Notes under the pieces: model-generated
The model's input: the letters and a program-made list of their open reading frames with translations, nothing else
The model's database searches: none
Told to the model about the DNA's origin: nothing
Shown here: piece by piece, positions 1 to 20,970 of the stretch
Layout of the letters: each line of letters begins with the position of its first letter
How positions within the stretch are numbered: position 1 is the stretch's first letter
DNA from: the human T2T-CHM13v2.0 reference genome, Homo sapiens
Length of the DNA: 64,000 nt
Strand: one strand, 5' to 3'
Assembly (NCBI RefSeq): GCF_009914755.1
Contig: NC_060946.1
Translations under genes and position numbers: made by a program

Positions 1-59
1 CAGAATGGATGTAGGGGCAGGGCCTGGGCAAGTCTCCCAGGGTGGGATGAGCAGGGAGG

Positions 60-520
60 GAGAGGAATGGGCTTCCTCCAGGGCCTCAGGAACCAAGGAA
101 GTCTCTGCACTACCTCCAGGCAGGGTCAGATGTGCATTTTCCAAAGCTTATTGCATTAGGAGTGGGGAGTAGACTGTGGTGGTGCCAGCAGCAAAAAGAT
201 GGAAAAGAGAGAAGGAGGTGGAGTCAGGGCTGAACCACACAGCTGGAGGGAAGAGGGGGGTTCTACGAGTAGCGCAGGAGGGAGGCGAGGCAGGCACCGC
301 AGAGCTTCCAGCTGCCTCAGGGCCGACTTCCATTTGGCACTTTGAGTCCAAGGTGCCTGTGCACCTTGTCCAGATGCTCTGGAGGTGGTTGCTCGGGTAT
401 GTGGGTCTGAGACTCCAAACAGCTCGGCCAAAGCCGACATGGAGATCCATCAGTTCACAAGTAGTGAATGAGCCTTCTCAGGTGGGTGGCAGTCCCAGGG
501 TGGCCAAGGGTCCAGGGAGT
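60..520 (-). mobile_element. Ancient L2 LINE fragment
   Basis: Diverged match to recalled L2 3' consensus (tttgagtccaaggtgcctgtg...gtatgtgggtctgagactcc...catcagttcacaagtagtgaatgagcc); boundaries approximate. Confidence 0.45.
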
Positions 521-1464
521 GCACCCTCACTCTGCAGGTGAGTCAGAATCAGGCACCACAGAGCCAGGGTTGCACCCCTGCTGGGGGGAACAGGAGCCCC
601 TTTTCCTCTCCCCGACACACAGGGACAAAGTTATCATGCTCTTTGGGTGCCACTGGGAGGCACTGATGGGAGAGACTGGCCAGGCCTTCCCAAGCAAGCT
701 CCAGGCAGCCTCCCAGCACCCCGGCCCAGGCGCAGGTGTGGTCTGGGAGCACAGAGCCAGGTTCCCACCGTGGGGCACCTGAGGTTTGTGCCTAGCAGCC
801 TTCTCCTCCTTTGGTTCCCTTTTCCTTTTTGGTCCACAGGGTTTGGGACAGGTGGCTGCTACCAACAGCTCTCAAGGTGGCCCCACAGACCTGAGCCAAC
901 CACTTCTCCTCAGCCCTCCCCTGCCCATGAAGACTGCTCAGAGGGGCCCCATTGAGAGCTGGATCTGGGACTTTGTTTAAACTGCAAGGAGAGAAGCTCT
1001 GTCACCCTGCAGGGCGTGAAGTTCAGCTGAAGCCATTGAGATCATGGCCTGGGAGCCTATCTAGCAGGAGGCTACCACACGGAGGGCCCTGACGGTGTGA
1101 GTTCGGCCTCTGGATCCCACCACACTGAAGCACTCCAGAGACTCCCTTCTCTCTAAACCCACCAGTTCTGCTCCCTGGACCCCTGACCCAGCCGTGCTGC
1201 TTTCAAAGATCTGTCTTCCACTGCCTCCCAAAGCCAGATCGCAGGAGAAGCTGGTGGTCTCGCATCTGCCTGAATTCTGACAGCGGCCCACGAGAGTCGG
1301 TGATGATGGCAGGTCTGCCCAAGTGGTGGGCCGGCTTGGCCCCCTCATCTCAAAGTGAGCCATGTTTTGCTCCCAGACCTTCCTCCTAGTCTGCCAGACC
1401 ACCTCTTCCAGCCATGCAGTCAAGCCCAGATTAGGAATTAGCCCCATCCAGCCCCTCTCCCACA

Positions 1465-2098
1465 TACAACCTCCAAATATATCCACATCCCAATCCCTAG
1501 AACCCAAGATTAGACCTTATATGGCAAAAGTGACTTTGAAGATGTGATTCAATTTTTTGAGATGGGGAGATTATCCTGGACCATCCAGGTGGACCCACTA
1601 TGCCCCCAAAATTCACGTGTTGAAAGCTAATCACCAATGTGATAGCGTTAGCAGGTGGGGCCTTTGGGATGTGGTTAGGTCATGAGGGTAGAGCCCTCAT
1701 GAATGGGATTAGTGCCCTATAAAAGAGACCCCAGAAGCCAGGCATAGTGGGCTGCACCTACAGTCCCAGCTACTGAGGAGGCTGAGGCAGGAAGATCTCT
1801 TGGGTACAGGAGTGAGCTATGATCACGCCATTGTACTCCAGCCTTGGTGACAGAGTGAGACCCTGTCTCTAAAGTAATTAAATAAAAGAGACCCCAGAGA
1901 GCTAGCTAGCTTCTTCCACTATGTCAGTTAGAAGGTGCCATGTATGAGGACATGGGCCCTCACAGGACATCAAATCTGCCAGTACCTTGATCTTGGACTT
2001 CCCAGCCTCCAGAGCTGTGAGCAATAAATTTCTGGAAAATGCTATAAGCCACCCACTTTCCAGTATTTTTGTTATGGCAGCCCAGGCAGACTAAAACA
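1465..2098 (+). mobile_element. MaLR LTRs (MLT1 fragment, then MST/MLT1A-like LTR) with a nested Alu monomer
   Basis: MaLR motifs (gaccttatatggcaaaagtgactttg; ggtggggcctttggga...gccctcatgaatgggattagtgccc; ttggacttcccagcctccagagctgtgag). The Alu monomer at 1736-1883 is flanked by TSD aaaagagaccccaga (1721-1735, 1884-1898). Confidence 0.75.
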
Positions 2099-2264
2099 AC
2101 CTCTGTGGCACATTTGGGGTGATGGAGGAACAGCCGATGTTCCTAGGAACCAGTGAGGCGCAGGAGTCCCAGATCCCTCTAGTGAGATCCCCAGAGAGCA
2201 CCACGTACCCACCCTGCAGCTGGCAAAGCTATTTATGGAAGTTAGGGGCCTGTTGGTTTAGAGC

Positions 2265-5028
<2,764 letters not shown>

Positions 5029-5286
5029 CAGCTCTCAGGTCTGGGGCCAGTCACGCTGCTGAGTCCTGGCCACCAGAGTGGTGAGGTGTTGGGAGGCAGA
5101 GGTGGTGCTTGTCTCTGTCCAGGGGTGGCCTGGCTGAGGTTCGGCTGGTCCACGAGCATCAGTTTCCCCACCTCCATGGTGGTGGAATGTGGAGAGCCAT
5201 AGGAGCCTGGTGCATGCACCCCTCTGTGCACTGTCCGAGGGTCCCCTCCCCACTTAGAACCATGGAATCAGGCCACAGTCCGCCTC

Positions 5287-5292
5287 TTTAAT
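5287..5292 (-). terminator. GGT5: GGT5 polyadenylation signal (ATTAAA variant)
   Basis: tttaat on + strand = ATTAAA on - strand, about 290 nt downstream of the GGT5 stop codon. Confidence 0.75.
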
Positions 5293-5583
5293 CTTGGACT
5301 GGAGGATATACAGATCGAGAGGGTGGGAGAGTGGCCCCAGGCAAGAGGCCTGCGGAGGGATAGAGGGGCCGGTTCAGGACCACCAGGGGCTCTGGGAAAG
5401 GGGGTTAGGGATGAGGCTCAGCCTCTCATCTGCCCAGCTGGTCCCCGCCACCTCTTCCACTCTCAGCTGGACTCCCCTGCCAGGGGTCCAGATCCTGCCA
5501 GAGTAGTTGGTCCCCCAGCCATGTCCGGCCTGGACACAGGACTCATGGTGGGGCCAGACTTCAGCTCTGGGCAGAGCAGTGTC

Positions 5584-5730
5584 TTAGTAGCCTGCGGCCT
5601 CCCCACTCTTCCTCAGGTCCGAGACGGCGTACACACAGGCCCCCTCCTGGGACACAGCCTGGACCACGTTCAGGAAGAAGGGCCTCTGGGTCTGGTTCTG
5701 GCCACGGTCTTGGAGTCCCCTCTGCACCTC
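5584..5730 (-). CDS. GGT5: GGT5 exon 12 coding part (EVQRGLQDRG...SGEAAGY*)
   Basis: CAG acceptor at 5731-5733; TAA at 5584-5586; 147 nt. Confidence 0.96.
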   Translation of the reverse strand, partial: EVQRGLQDRGQNQTQRPFFLNVVQAVSQEGACVYAVSDLRKSGEAAGY

Positions 5731-6037
5731 CTGGAGAGGAGAGAAAGCAGGTTCACAGGGGAGGGCAGCTCAGCCCATCTCCAGGAGGGAGAGGCCTCTG
5801 CAAGAAATGAGAAAAATGATCAAAAGGCAAGACGGAGAGGAAGAGGGCCTGAAGACACAGGAAGAGGGGAGGACCAGATGGGAGCATGGAAGAGATCCAA
5901 AGGCCCATAGAGGACAAGCTCAGCCTCCAGGGACTATGTACGAAGGACACCACCCAGGCCCGAAGACCTCCAAATGCAAGTTCATGTCTGTTCTGGATCC
6001 AAGGACACCAGGGCCTTGAGGTGCAAATCTGAGTTCA

Positions 6038-6655
<618 letters not shown>

Positions 6656-7510
6656 TGAAACCGCCTTTGCAAAATTATGACTGAGACAGGGAAAGAGATC
6701 TAACTTAATCGACTCCATCTTGCTTCTAACCTCCCAGTTGTCCTTGCTCATTCCTGGGTGTAGGCTGAACTAACTTTGAGAGAAACTTAGTTTATAGTTT
6801 AAAACAAAGACGGTAACAGCCCTTTCCCAAAGCAGACTTCCTTCTTGCCTGGGCACCAGACTGCCTTCGTAGGACTCACATTAGCCACAAGATTAGAAAT
6901 TATGGTTTAGGAGTCACGCAGCTGAAGGCTAAAGATTCTGACCCTCCCTAAACTGCTCTTAAGATCAGTGCTTGAGAAATTTTGCAGACCCTGCACTTGA
7001 TGGATCAGCTGGCACCATCCAGATCGATTAACTGGCTCATCTGACCTTGTGGCCCCCACCCAGGAACGGACTCAGCTCAAGAAGAAAGCTTCAACTCCCT
7101 ATGATTCTATGATTTCCAGGGGTTTTTTGTGTGTGTCTGTTTCTGAGATGGAGTCCCGCTCTGTCACCCATGCTGGCGTGCAATGGCACGACCTTGGCTC
7201 ACTGCAACTTCCCCTCCCAGGTTCAAGTGATTCTCTTGCCTCAGCCTCCCCAGTAGCTGGGATTACAGATGCCTGCCACTTTGCCCAGCTAATTTTTGTA
7301 ATTTTAGTAGAGACAGGTTTTCGCCATGTTGGCCAGGCTGGTCTCCTGACCTCAGGTGAACCACCCACCTCAGCCTCCCAAAGTGCTGGGATTGTAGGCG
7401 GGAGCCACCGCGCGCAGCCAACTCCCTATGATTTCATCCCTGACCTATCAGCACTCCTGGCTCATTGGCTTCCCCCAACCCGCCAAGTTGTCCTTAAAAA
7501 CACTGCTCCC
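6656..7510 (+). mobile_element. LTR8-like ERV1 LTR in GGT5 intron 11, interrupted by an antisense Alu (7120-7418) and 3'-truncated at an Alu (7512-7837)
   Basis: Begins TGAAACCGCCTTTGCAAAATTATGACTGAGACAG (LTR8 5' end); Alu TSD caactccctatgatt at 7092-7106 and 7419-7433. Confidence 0.8.
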
Positions 7511-7512
7511 TA

Positions 7513-7854
<342 letters not shown>

Positions 7855-8409
7855 TCACCCTGCAGGGCCTGAGATTCCGGAGACATCTAGATGCATCGGG
7901 TGATGCCACATGGCCTGAGCTGCTGACAGGGCAAATGAGGTCTTTGGAGCCCTGCACGTTTGGCTATGAGTTCCCCATGCCTGACCTACTAATTGCCCAC
8001 TGTCCTTAGACTTGAAGGCCAAGATCCTTTACTGCTGAAGCCAAAGTTGGACCTTCAGTGCTCAGAGACTCCATTCCTCAGAGTCCACTGGCCAAACTCC
8101 AAGACTCTGAGGATCAAAGACTCTCCTCGCCCTAGTCCCTGGGCCTTAGCTGTGAAGGTCCTTGGAGGCTTAAAGTCTCCAACCCAGAGTTTAGGATTTA
8201 CTCCATGGAAAGCCCTAGACCTGAATAGCTGACATTCCAACTCCCCAAGGGAGCTGAGAACCTTAGGTTTGTGGGTCACTGGATTCCATTAATCCCAGTC
8301 CCCAGACTGTCATCTCCCAAATTCTCAGCATTTCACGTCCCCAGGGTGAAAGGTCCTGAGAATTGATGTTCACAAAGACAAAGGTCCTTCAGTCAAGAGT
8401 CAAGGGAGG

Positions 8410-9030
8410 GGCCGGGCGCGGTGGCTCACGCCTATAATCCCAGCACTTTGGGAGGCCAAGGCGGGCGGATCACAAGGTCAGGAGATCGAGACCATCCTGG
8501 CTAACATGGTGAAACCCTGTCTCTACTAAAAATACAAAAAATTAGCCGAGCGTGGTGGTGGGTGCCTGTAGTCCCAGCTACTTGGGAGGATGAGGCGGGA
8601 GGATGAGGCAGGGGAATGGCGTGAACTCGGGAGGCAGAGCTTGCAGTGAGCCAAGATCGTGCCACTGCACGCCAGCCTGGGCAACAGAGCGAGACTCCGT
8701 CTCAAAAAAAAGAAAAAAAAAGAGTCAAGGGAGGGCCAGGCACAGTGGCTCATGCCTATAAGCCCAGCACTTTGGGAGGCCAAGGTGGACAGATCACTTG
8801 AGATTGGGAGCTCAAGACCAGCCTGGCCAACATGGGGAAACCCCATCTTTACTAAAAATACAAAAATTAGCCAGGTGTGGTGGCGCACATGTGTAGTCCC
8901 AGCTACTCAGAGGCTGAGGCAGGAGAATTGCTTGAACCTGGGAAGCGGAGGTTGTGGTGAGGCAAGATCATGCCACTGCACTCCAGCCTGAGTGACAGAG
9001 TGAGACTGTCTAAAAAAATAAAAATAAAAA
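8410..9030 (+). mobile_element. Tandem AluY (8410-8719) and AluS (8734-9030)
   Basis: Alu consensus; three copies of the TSD aagagtcaagggag. Confidence 0.92.
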
Positions 9031-9340
9031 AAGAGTCAAGGGAGGAGGGCTCCAAAGGATGTGCCCTGGATCTTGAAATCCTCCATATCTAAGATCCCTG
9101 GAACCCGAGAGCCCTGAGAGGGTCTTCCTGTCATGCGAAGGACCCTACATGCGGAGGGAGGCCTGCAAACTCCAAGAGTTTGAGCCTAACAGGCTGAGGT
9201 CCTTAGTCTCAAGGTCTGAAAACTAAGGCTCTTGGGACTACACTCTGTTCCTGGACTAAGGCCATGGTTCTCAGGTTCTAAGGGCTTTGGAAGGTGGACT
9301 TGAGACCGAAGAAGTCTCATAACAGGAGAGGCAGCTTTGA

Positions 9341-10145
<805 letters not shown>

Positions 10146-10609
10146 TTATATATATAGTAAAAATTACCACCAATGCCCTAGTGCCCCAGAAGAAAATCAC
10201 TTTACAGACTGTCACAGGAAAAACAACCTCTTTCACAAATAAAGTTGCAAATATTAGTTACAAATCACACAAGGAAAAAGTCACCATGAGGGAGAGTCTG
10301 AGAGGCCCCAGCCAGGAAAACTCACTTCTGAAAAATGGCATCAACCACAGACCAGAGACCAAGGTGCTGAGATCCTCAGCCTGGGAGCAGCATAGACAAT
10401 ACCCTGCTCTCTGTCTTGGAGGCCACAGAACTGGCCTGGAGGCCACTGACAGCCTCACCCATCAAGGTCCCCAACTCCTATGGCCCCCAAAGTTGAAGTG
10501 TACCTGGCCTAAGAATCTCAGTGACTGAGTTCCTCCCAGGTGGCTTTGAGCAGCACGGATTTGGGGAGTGGGCTCTGCCCTAGGCATCCAGCTCGGACCT
10601 CAGCCTCAC

Positions 10610-10720
10610 CTGGCTGAAGTTGGGCTCGTACTCCACACAGCCCTTGCTGTTGACATGCAGGATGGGGGCTGCAATGGCCGCTCTCAGGTCAAAGCCAAGC
10701 CACAGCTTGCTCATGATGGC
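10610..10720 (-). CDS. GGT5: GGT5 exon 11 (AIMSKLWLGF...EYEPNFSQ)
   Basis: AG/GT boundaries; 111 nt; in frame. Confidence 0.96.
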
Positions 10721-10858
10721 CTGGGGGAGAGATGAGGGTTTCAGGGAGAAAGGGGGCACCCTGCTACCCTACATCAGCCCTCACATCCCCACTCCAGAGA
10801 CAGTCAGACAGTATGCTGCCCAGAGAGGAGACACTCGAGCCAGGAGCCCCAGACTCAC

Positions 10859-11025
10859 CTGGGCCACAGCAGAGATGATGAGCTCCCCGCCAGCCCCGCC
10901 AATCACTAGCTTCGACCCCTGGGCTTTGTTGATCAAGATGGAGGGCACCATGGAGGATGGGGAACGCTCGCCTGGAACTGGGGGCCAGCACCTTCCGGGA
11001 GCTCCACCCACCCTGTCTCCACTCA
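10859..11025 (-). CDS. GGT5: GGT5 exon 10 (VSGDRVGG...PSSMVPS...GGAGGELIISAVAQ); alternative start at 11028 via NAGNAG
   Basis: CAGCAG acceptor and GT donor; contains the SS substrate-binding and GG oxyanion-hole motifs. Confidence 0.95.
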
Positions 11026-11159
11026 CTGCTGAGCAAACAGCGTCTTGGCAAGTGCAGTGACCCATCCAGGGGTTAGCATGCAACCCCAGCCCAGCCCCCT
11101 CCCTCCTCTCCCCTGGTGGGGGGCCCTTGTGGACCCCGGGTGGGAAGCTTTGTTCTCAC

Positions 11160-11266
11160 CAGGTGAGGGGGTGGTGCCGGAACCCCGGGGGCATCGCTCG
11201 CATAAGTCCAGGAGCTCGTTGTTGAGGATGATGCCTGTCCGTGGTGAATACACCATCGCTCCAAAG
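11160..11266 (-). CDS. GGT5: GGT5 exon 9 (FGAMVYSPRTGIILNNELLDL...TPSP)
   Basis: AG/GT boundaries; 107 nt. Confidence 0.96.
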
Positions 11267-11689
11267 CTGCAGCCGTGGAGGCAGAAGAGCCTGGGCTAGG
11301 ACCCGGGGCTCCCACCAGACACCACTTACCCTGCACGCTTTGCAGGACCCCCTCGTTTTACAGCTGCCCCGAAGCATGCTGAAGCCGCTATTCTCTCCCT
11401 GGCACCACCCAGGAGGGGTCCCCAAAGACCCACCTGTGCCCCCACATCAGGGCACCCTTCTGAGTGAGGCTACCCATTCCCAGGTAAATCTTGGGTCGGG
11501 GCCACCCCAGCAGCAGCCTTTCCAGCCAGAGATGTCAGGGGTGGGGGCCTCTTTTGAAATAGAGGAGGAGAAAAAGGGCAAAAGCAAGGTGCTGCCCCGT
11601 GGGGACAAGTGAGGGGACATGGGGCTGGGGGTGTGCAGGTCTAGGAGAGGAGGAGTGAAGCCATCCGCCTTCCCCCAGGCCCTACGCAC

Positions 11690-11880
11690 GGTGTGTTGAT
11701 GGTGCTGGTGGCAGCCACGGCGCTGCCATCCTCCCCCAGCACAGACACATGGGACGTGCCTGTCCCGTGGCCCCAGGCCTCGGCCAAGCTGTAGTGGCTG
11801 AGCTGGTGGTCCCCCCGGCCATCGATCTGTTGGCGGATGAGCTGGGCCAGGGTCTCCCCCAGCAGGTCCCGGGAGGCATT
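11690..11880 (-). CDS. GGT5: GGT5 exon 8 with the autocleavage site and catalytic Thr388 (GTG|TSHVSVL)
   Basis: 191 nt; Thr codon ACG at 11755-11757; TSTIN motif. Confidence 0.97.
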
Positions 11881-12244
11881 CTGGGGTGGGTGGGCAGGTG
11901 GCAGGGTCAGTGAGGGGCCAGGCAGAATCCGCAGAACCAAGGGCAGGATGAGATCAGCCCCCATGGGGGCCACCTCCAGTCTGTCCTCTACCTTGTGGCC
12001 AGGTCTCCCTCAAGCCCAGCTAGGTCTAGACTCTGCTCACCCTCCAGGTCCTTTGAGATATGGTGCCACTCCTGCACCTGACCCCTGTACCTGCCACCCC
12101 GGGATCCCTTTCAGTCCTGCCCTGGCCTAGAACCACATACATATCCCTCCAACTTCCCCCTACCAGGCCTGACCCTCATTTCATGCCAAGTCCTGAGCCA
12201 GGGAGGAGGACGGCCCACCAGCCCAGCAACCTCAGCAACCTCAC

Positions 12245-12381
12245 CTGGAGCTTCGGGTGGCTTCGAGGGTCCCCCAGCCTCCACCTCTGCCCCTTGGCAA
12301 ACTTGAGCGTCTCTACAAGGTGGTGGTACACGTTCACCCTCCCTTCAGGCCTGGCCATAGACTCTGTTGAGAAGTTGAACC
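12245..12381 (-). CDS. GGT5: GGT5 exon 7 (FNFSTES...LGDPRSHPKLQ)
   Basis: AG/GT boundaries; 137 nt. Confidence 0.96.
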
Positions 12382-12420
12382 CTGGAGAGAGGTTGGGGCA
12401 CAGGTTGGTTGGGGTCACCC

Positions 12421-16577
<4,157 letters not shown>

Positions 16578-16995
16578 TTAAGCCAGCGCAGGCAGCCCCA
16601 GGCCTCAGCACTGCCAGAACCCCCCTGCAGGCTGCCTTGGGCTAGGCTGGCTTCGCTCCCCCAGGTGCACGCCCCTGACAGGCAGCTCACCACCCACACA
16701 GCCCACCTGCTTCTGTGTCTGGGACTGGTCACCCAGTGGGAGGAGGACTCTGGACGAATGATATCACGCCCTTCAGCAAAGCCTCACGTATGGGTCGAGC
16801 TGGAGGCCAGCTCTAAAACCCACCATCCTGATTGGTTTCCACAGCTCTGTCTTCATATTGTGCATCTGTGAACCCGGTTTATGGAGGAGGAGGCTGAGCT
16901 GGGCCTTGGCTGGGCTTGGGCTTGGAGTCTGAGTTCCCGGGGGCCGGGGGTGCGGGGGAGGGGGTGGGCGCCAGGGCTCTGGGCAGGGGCTTTAC

Positions 16996-17142
16996 CTCTT
17001 AGCACGTTGAGGATAAAGCTGAGAATGGCACCCCCTGCAGGCGGCGGTGGTGAGTACAGGGTATAGTCCCCCAGGGGCACCTCCAGGGCATCCACCACCT
17101 CGGGCTGGAACTTGGCCAGGTCCTGCAGCGTCAGCTGGCTCC
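16996..17142 (-). CDS. GGT5: GGT5 exon 6 (SQLTLQDL...PPPPAGGAILSFILNVLR)
   Basis: AG/GT boundaries; 147 nt. Confidence 0.96.
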
Positions 17143-17662
17143 CTGGGATGAGAAGGAGAGGGCTCCATGAACAGATGGGAAACTGAGGCGGGGAGGAATA
17201 GCCACTGCTGTCAGGTCACACAATGGGATTCCACTCATGCTTTTGCCTTGTGGACACAGGATGATGGTAGGTCTGTAGGCAGTGGCCTCAGGACTGGCCC
17301 CTTGGGGCCAGGCGTGGAGGGGTGGACAGAGACCAGAGGCAGGGAGGCTGGGGAAAGGAAAGGGAAGATGGGAGAGGGAGCTGGCTTATGAGAGCCTGTG
17401 AGAATGGTCAGCTCGGCTACCCAGACCTGCCGTGACCATCGGTAACGCCCCTCTGCTGGCCCTAACCCGCAGGCTCTGCTCTCTGAGGTCCTGGACCACA
17501 GGGGTCCTTGGGCCGGCAGAGCTAGGTGCATGGCCTCTCGGGGTCCCGGGCACTGCCTGCACTCCCTCAGGGCCTGGGAAGGAGCCTGCCCTCAACCCCC
17601 AGTGCCCAGAACTTGGCTCTTCCTCCAGCAGGGATGGGGTATGGAACCTCAGGGAGGCTGAC

Positions 17663-17820
17663 CTTCCTTGGCAATGTCCTCCACCAGCATCTGGCCCAGC
17701 CTCCCCGTGTAGAAGACCTCCACGCCCTCTGTGGCCACGGTCTCCAGGGTGGTGGCCAGTGCAGGCCATGGGAGTGGGTCCTGAGGCCTCAGGGGTTCTG
17801 TCCCGTTGAAGAAGAGCTGG
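17663..17820 (-). CDS. GGT5: GGT5 exon 5 (QLFFNGTE...EDIAKE)
   Basis: AG/GT boundaries; 158 nt. Confidence 0.96.
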
Positions 17821-18434
17821 CTGGGGGGTGGGGGGAGCCTCAGGGTGGGGCCAGGTCCCAGAGGCAGCCACACTCTTCCGGGGCTCTCATGGGTGGAGTC
17901 CTCAGGACCCTACAGTGGGGGGCGCCCTGGCCCAGGGTCCCGAGGCACTGGGGTGGACACCGGGGAACTGATTCTCTAGGAGGTGGTGGGACTGACACCA
18001 CTCACCCAGCTCATGGCCCTGGTCCAGGGAAGGCAAATTTCCCAGTGGGGCCTGGGTCCACCTAGGGCCTGTCATCTCACTCCTGGGAGGGCCTGTCAGT
18101 GGGCTGGGTGGGGCAGGTGAGAGTGGCAGTTGAAGCCCTCCTGCCATGCCAGAGAGAGGAAGAAGGAGGCCGGGGCCCCAGGGCGGGTGGCAGAGCCCAA
18201 ATCCACACCTTGGAGTCCTATCACTTGGGCAATAAACTCCCCGCAGCCTAACCCCAAGTTAGGCTCTGCCACGGGGAGCTGGAAGGGCCATGAAAAGTAC
18301 TCTTTGTCCTGGCCAGCACCCCGAGGGTCAATCCTCCAGTGTAAGAGGGACTGAGGCAGAGCTGGGGTGTGGACTGGGCCCAGACAGGATATGGCCTTGA
18401 ACCCAGGAACCCAGGGCCACCATGTGGGGCTCAC

Positions 18435-18630
18435 CGCAGGGTTGACGCCTGCAAGGAAGGCCGCAGGATGCTGTTGTGCAGGAAACGGCTGAGGACAGGG
18501 GCCACCACATGCCCCCCTCGGAGCAGCGCGATGGTGGGCTGGAACAGCTGCGCCCAGGGCAGGCGGCCATGGCGGCGGTGGGCCTCGGCATAGCCACGGA
18601 GCTCCCCGGGCACCCCGATCCACTGGGCCC
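18435..18630 (-). CDS. GGT5: GGT5 exon 4 (AQWIGVPGELRG...QASTLR)
   Basis: AG/GT boundaries; 196 nt; VPG motif. Confidence 0.96.
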
Positions 18631-19109
18631 CTGCATGGCACATCCCAGCTCTCAACCCTGTGGCTTCCAGGCCTTCCCAGGTTTGCCATCACCCCTACAT
18701 GTGGCCCCCCAGTTACAGCAGCCAGAGTGAGCTTTCTGGAGCCCACACCCGACCACGTCCCTCCCTGCTCAAATCACCTGTGGCTCCCCACAAAGTCCAT
18801 GGCCAAGCCCAAGGGGCCCTACACAAACTGGCCCCAGGAGCCCCACCCTGCCCCGCCAACCCATCTCCACTGAACCCTCCAGGCCTTTGTCCAGCCTGGT
18901 CCCTCTCCCTGGATCACCTCAGAGAGCCCGTTCCCAAGGGGGACCTTCTCAATCCCTGCAGGTTGGGGCTGGGGGTTCCCCACAGGCTCCGTGTCCCCCC
19001 GTGCCAGGGAGTCACAGCCTGTCCGTGAGGCGCTGCTCCTTTGCGGGGGTGTTCTGATTAGTCCTAGTGGCCTGGGGGGTGGGAGTGGGGGACCTCCATG
19101 GGGCGTCAC

Positions 19110-19205
19110 CTGTGCCCAGTGGCAGAGCCTGTGCACACTGGTCCAGCAGGCTCGGGGCGTGGCTGGCCGGCACCGTCTCCCGGGCATTGATGACCTCCAC
19201 CTTCC
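19110..19205 (-). CDS. GGT5: GGT5 exon 3 (KVEVINARETVP...LPLGT)
   Basis: AG/GT boundaries; 96 nt; conserved NARE motif. Confidence 0.96.
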
Positions 19206-19485
19206 CTGGAGTAGGGCAGGGCAGGTGAGTGGTCATGGACCCTGCAGACAGCCCCTGGCCTGCTCTAGGCCTCAGTTTCCATCTCTGCATTATGAGATGG
19301 ACTCTGGGCTAACACAGGGACAGGAGTTGACACAAGGGCTTTGCACAGCTGAGGCAAATGGGGCAGGGCAGGGGGCCCAAGAACACCCAGAAACGGGCTT
19401 GAGTTGATGGGACTGGCTGGAGAAGGGGTTACGCAGTGGTGTGGACAAGCCCATCTTCCCCATGGCAGTTCACATGTGGGCCCAC

Positions 19486-19616
19486 CTGTTGTCACATTGT
19501 AGATGGTGAAGATGACCCCTCCGCCCAGGCCCATGCTCTGAGGGTTGACGACGCTGGTGCAGACCAGAGCCGCGATGGTGGCATCCACGGGTGAGCCCTG
19601 CTGCTGGAGGATGGCT
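19486..19616 (-). CDS. GGT5: GGT5 exon 2 ([12 protein letters not shown]...SMGLGGG...YNVTT)
   Basis: AG/GT boundaries; 131 nt; GLGGG motif. Confidence 0.96.
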
Positions 19617-20031
19617 CTAGGGGACATGGCACAGAGTCGCTGTGGGGCTCCCCTCCCCCTGCCTCCCCACCAGGCTTGCTCAGCTGGCACTCATTGGAGA
19701 ATGGTGACGGAGGCGGCACGTCGGCTGCCACCAAACCGCAGATTAGGTTGCAGAACACAACCAGGCTTCCCCATCAAATCCAGCTGCTCACAGGTCCACA
19801 ACACACTACGGTTGCAAAGTGTGATGCCATTTACACTGACCTTTGCCATATACAAGGTGCTTCTCAGTTTGCAAAGTACTTCTGTTGCCATTGTTCCCAG
19901 CAGCACCAGCTCATATGCTACAGGCAGAACGAGGCCTCGGCCACCTCTCAGTCCCTCACAGTGGCCTCAGGAGCCCACCCTGGGACTCCACTCCCCATCT
20001 CACTGGGGACACTCTGGCCACAACTACTTCA

Positions 20032-20970
<939 letters not shown>

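Noticed and set aside
148-980. Overlapping ORFs at the window start
   Set aside because: Lie in decayed L2 or GC-rich DNA; no recognisable domain or splice structure
5323-5910. 195-aa + strand ORF
   Set aside because: Antisense shadow of GGT5 exon 12 and its 3' UTR
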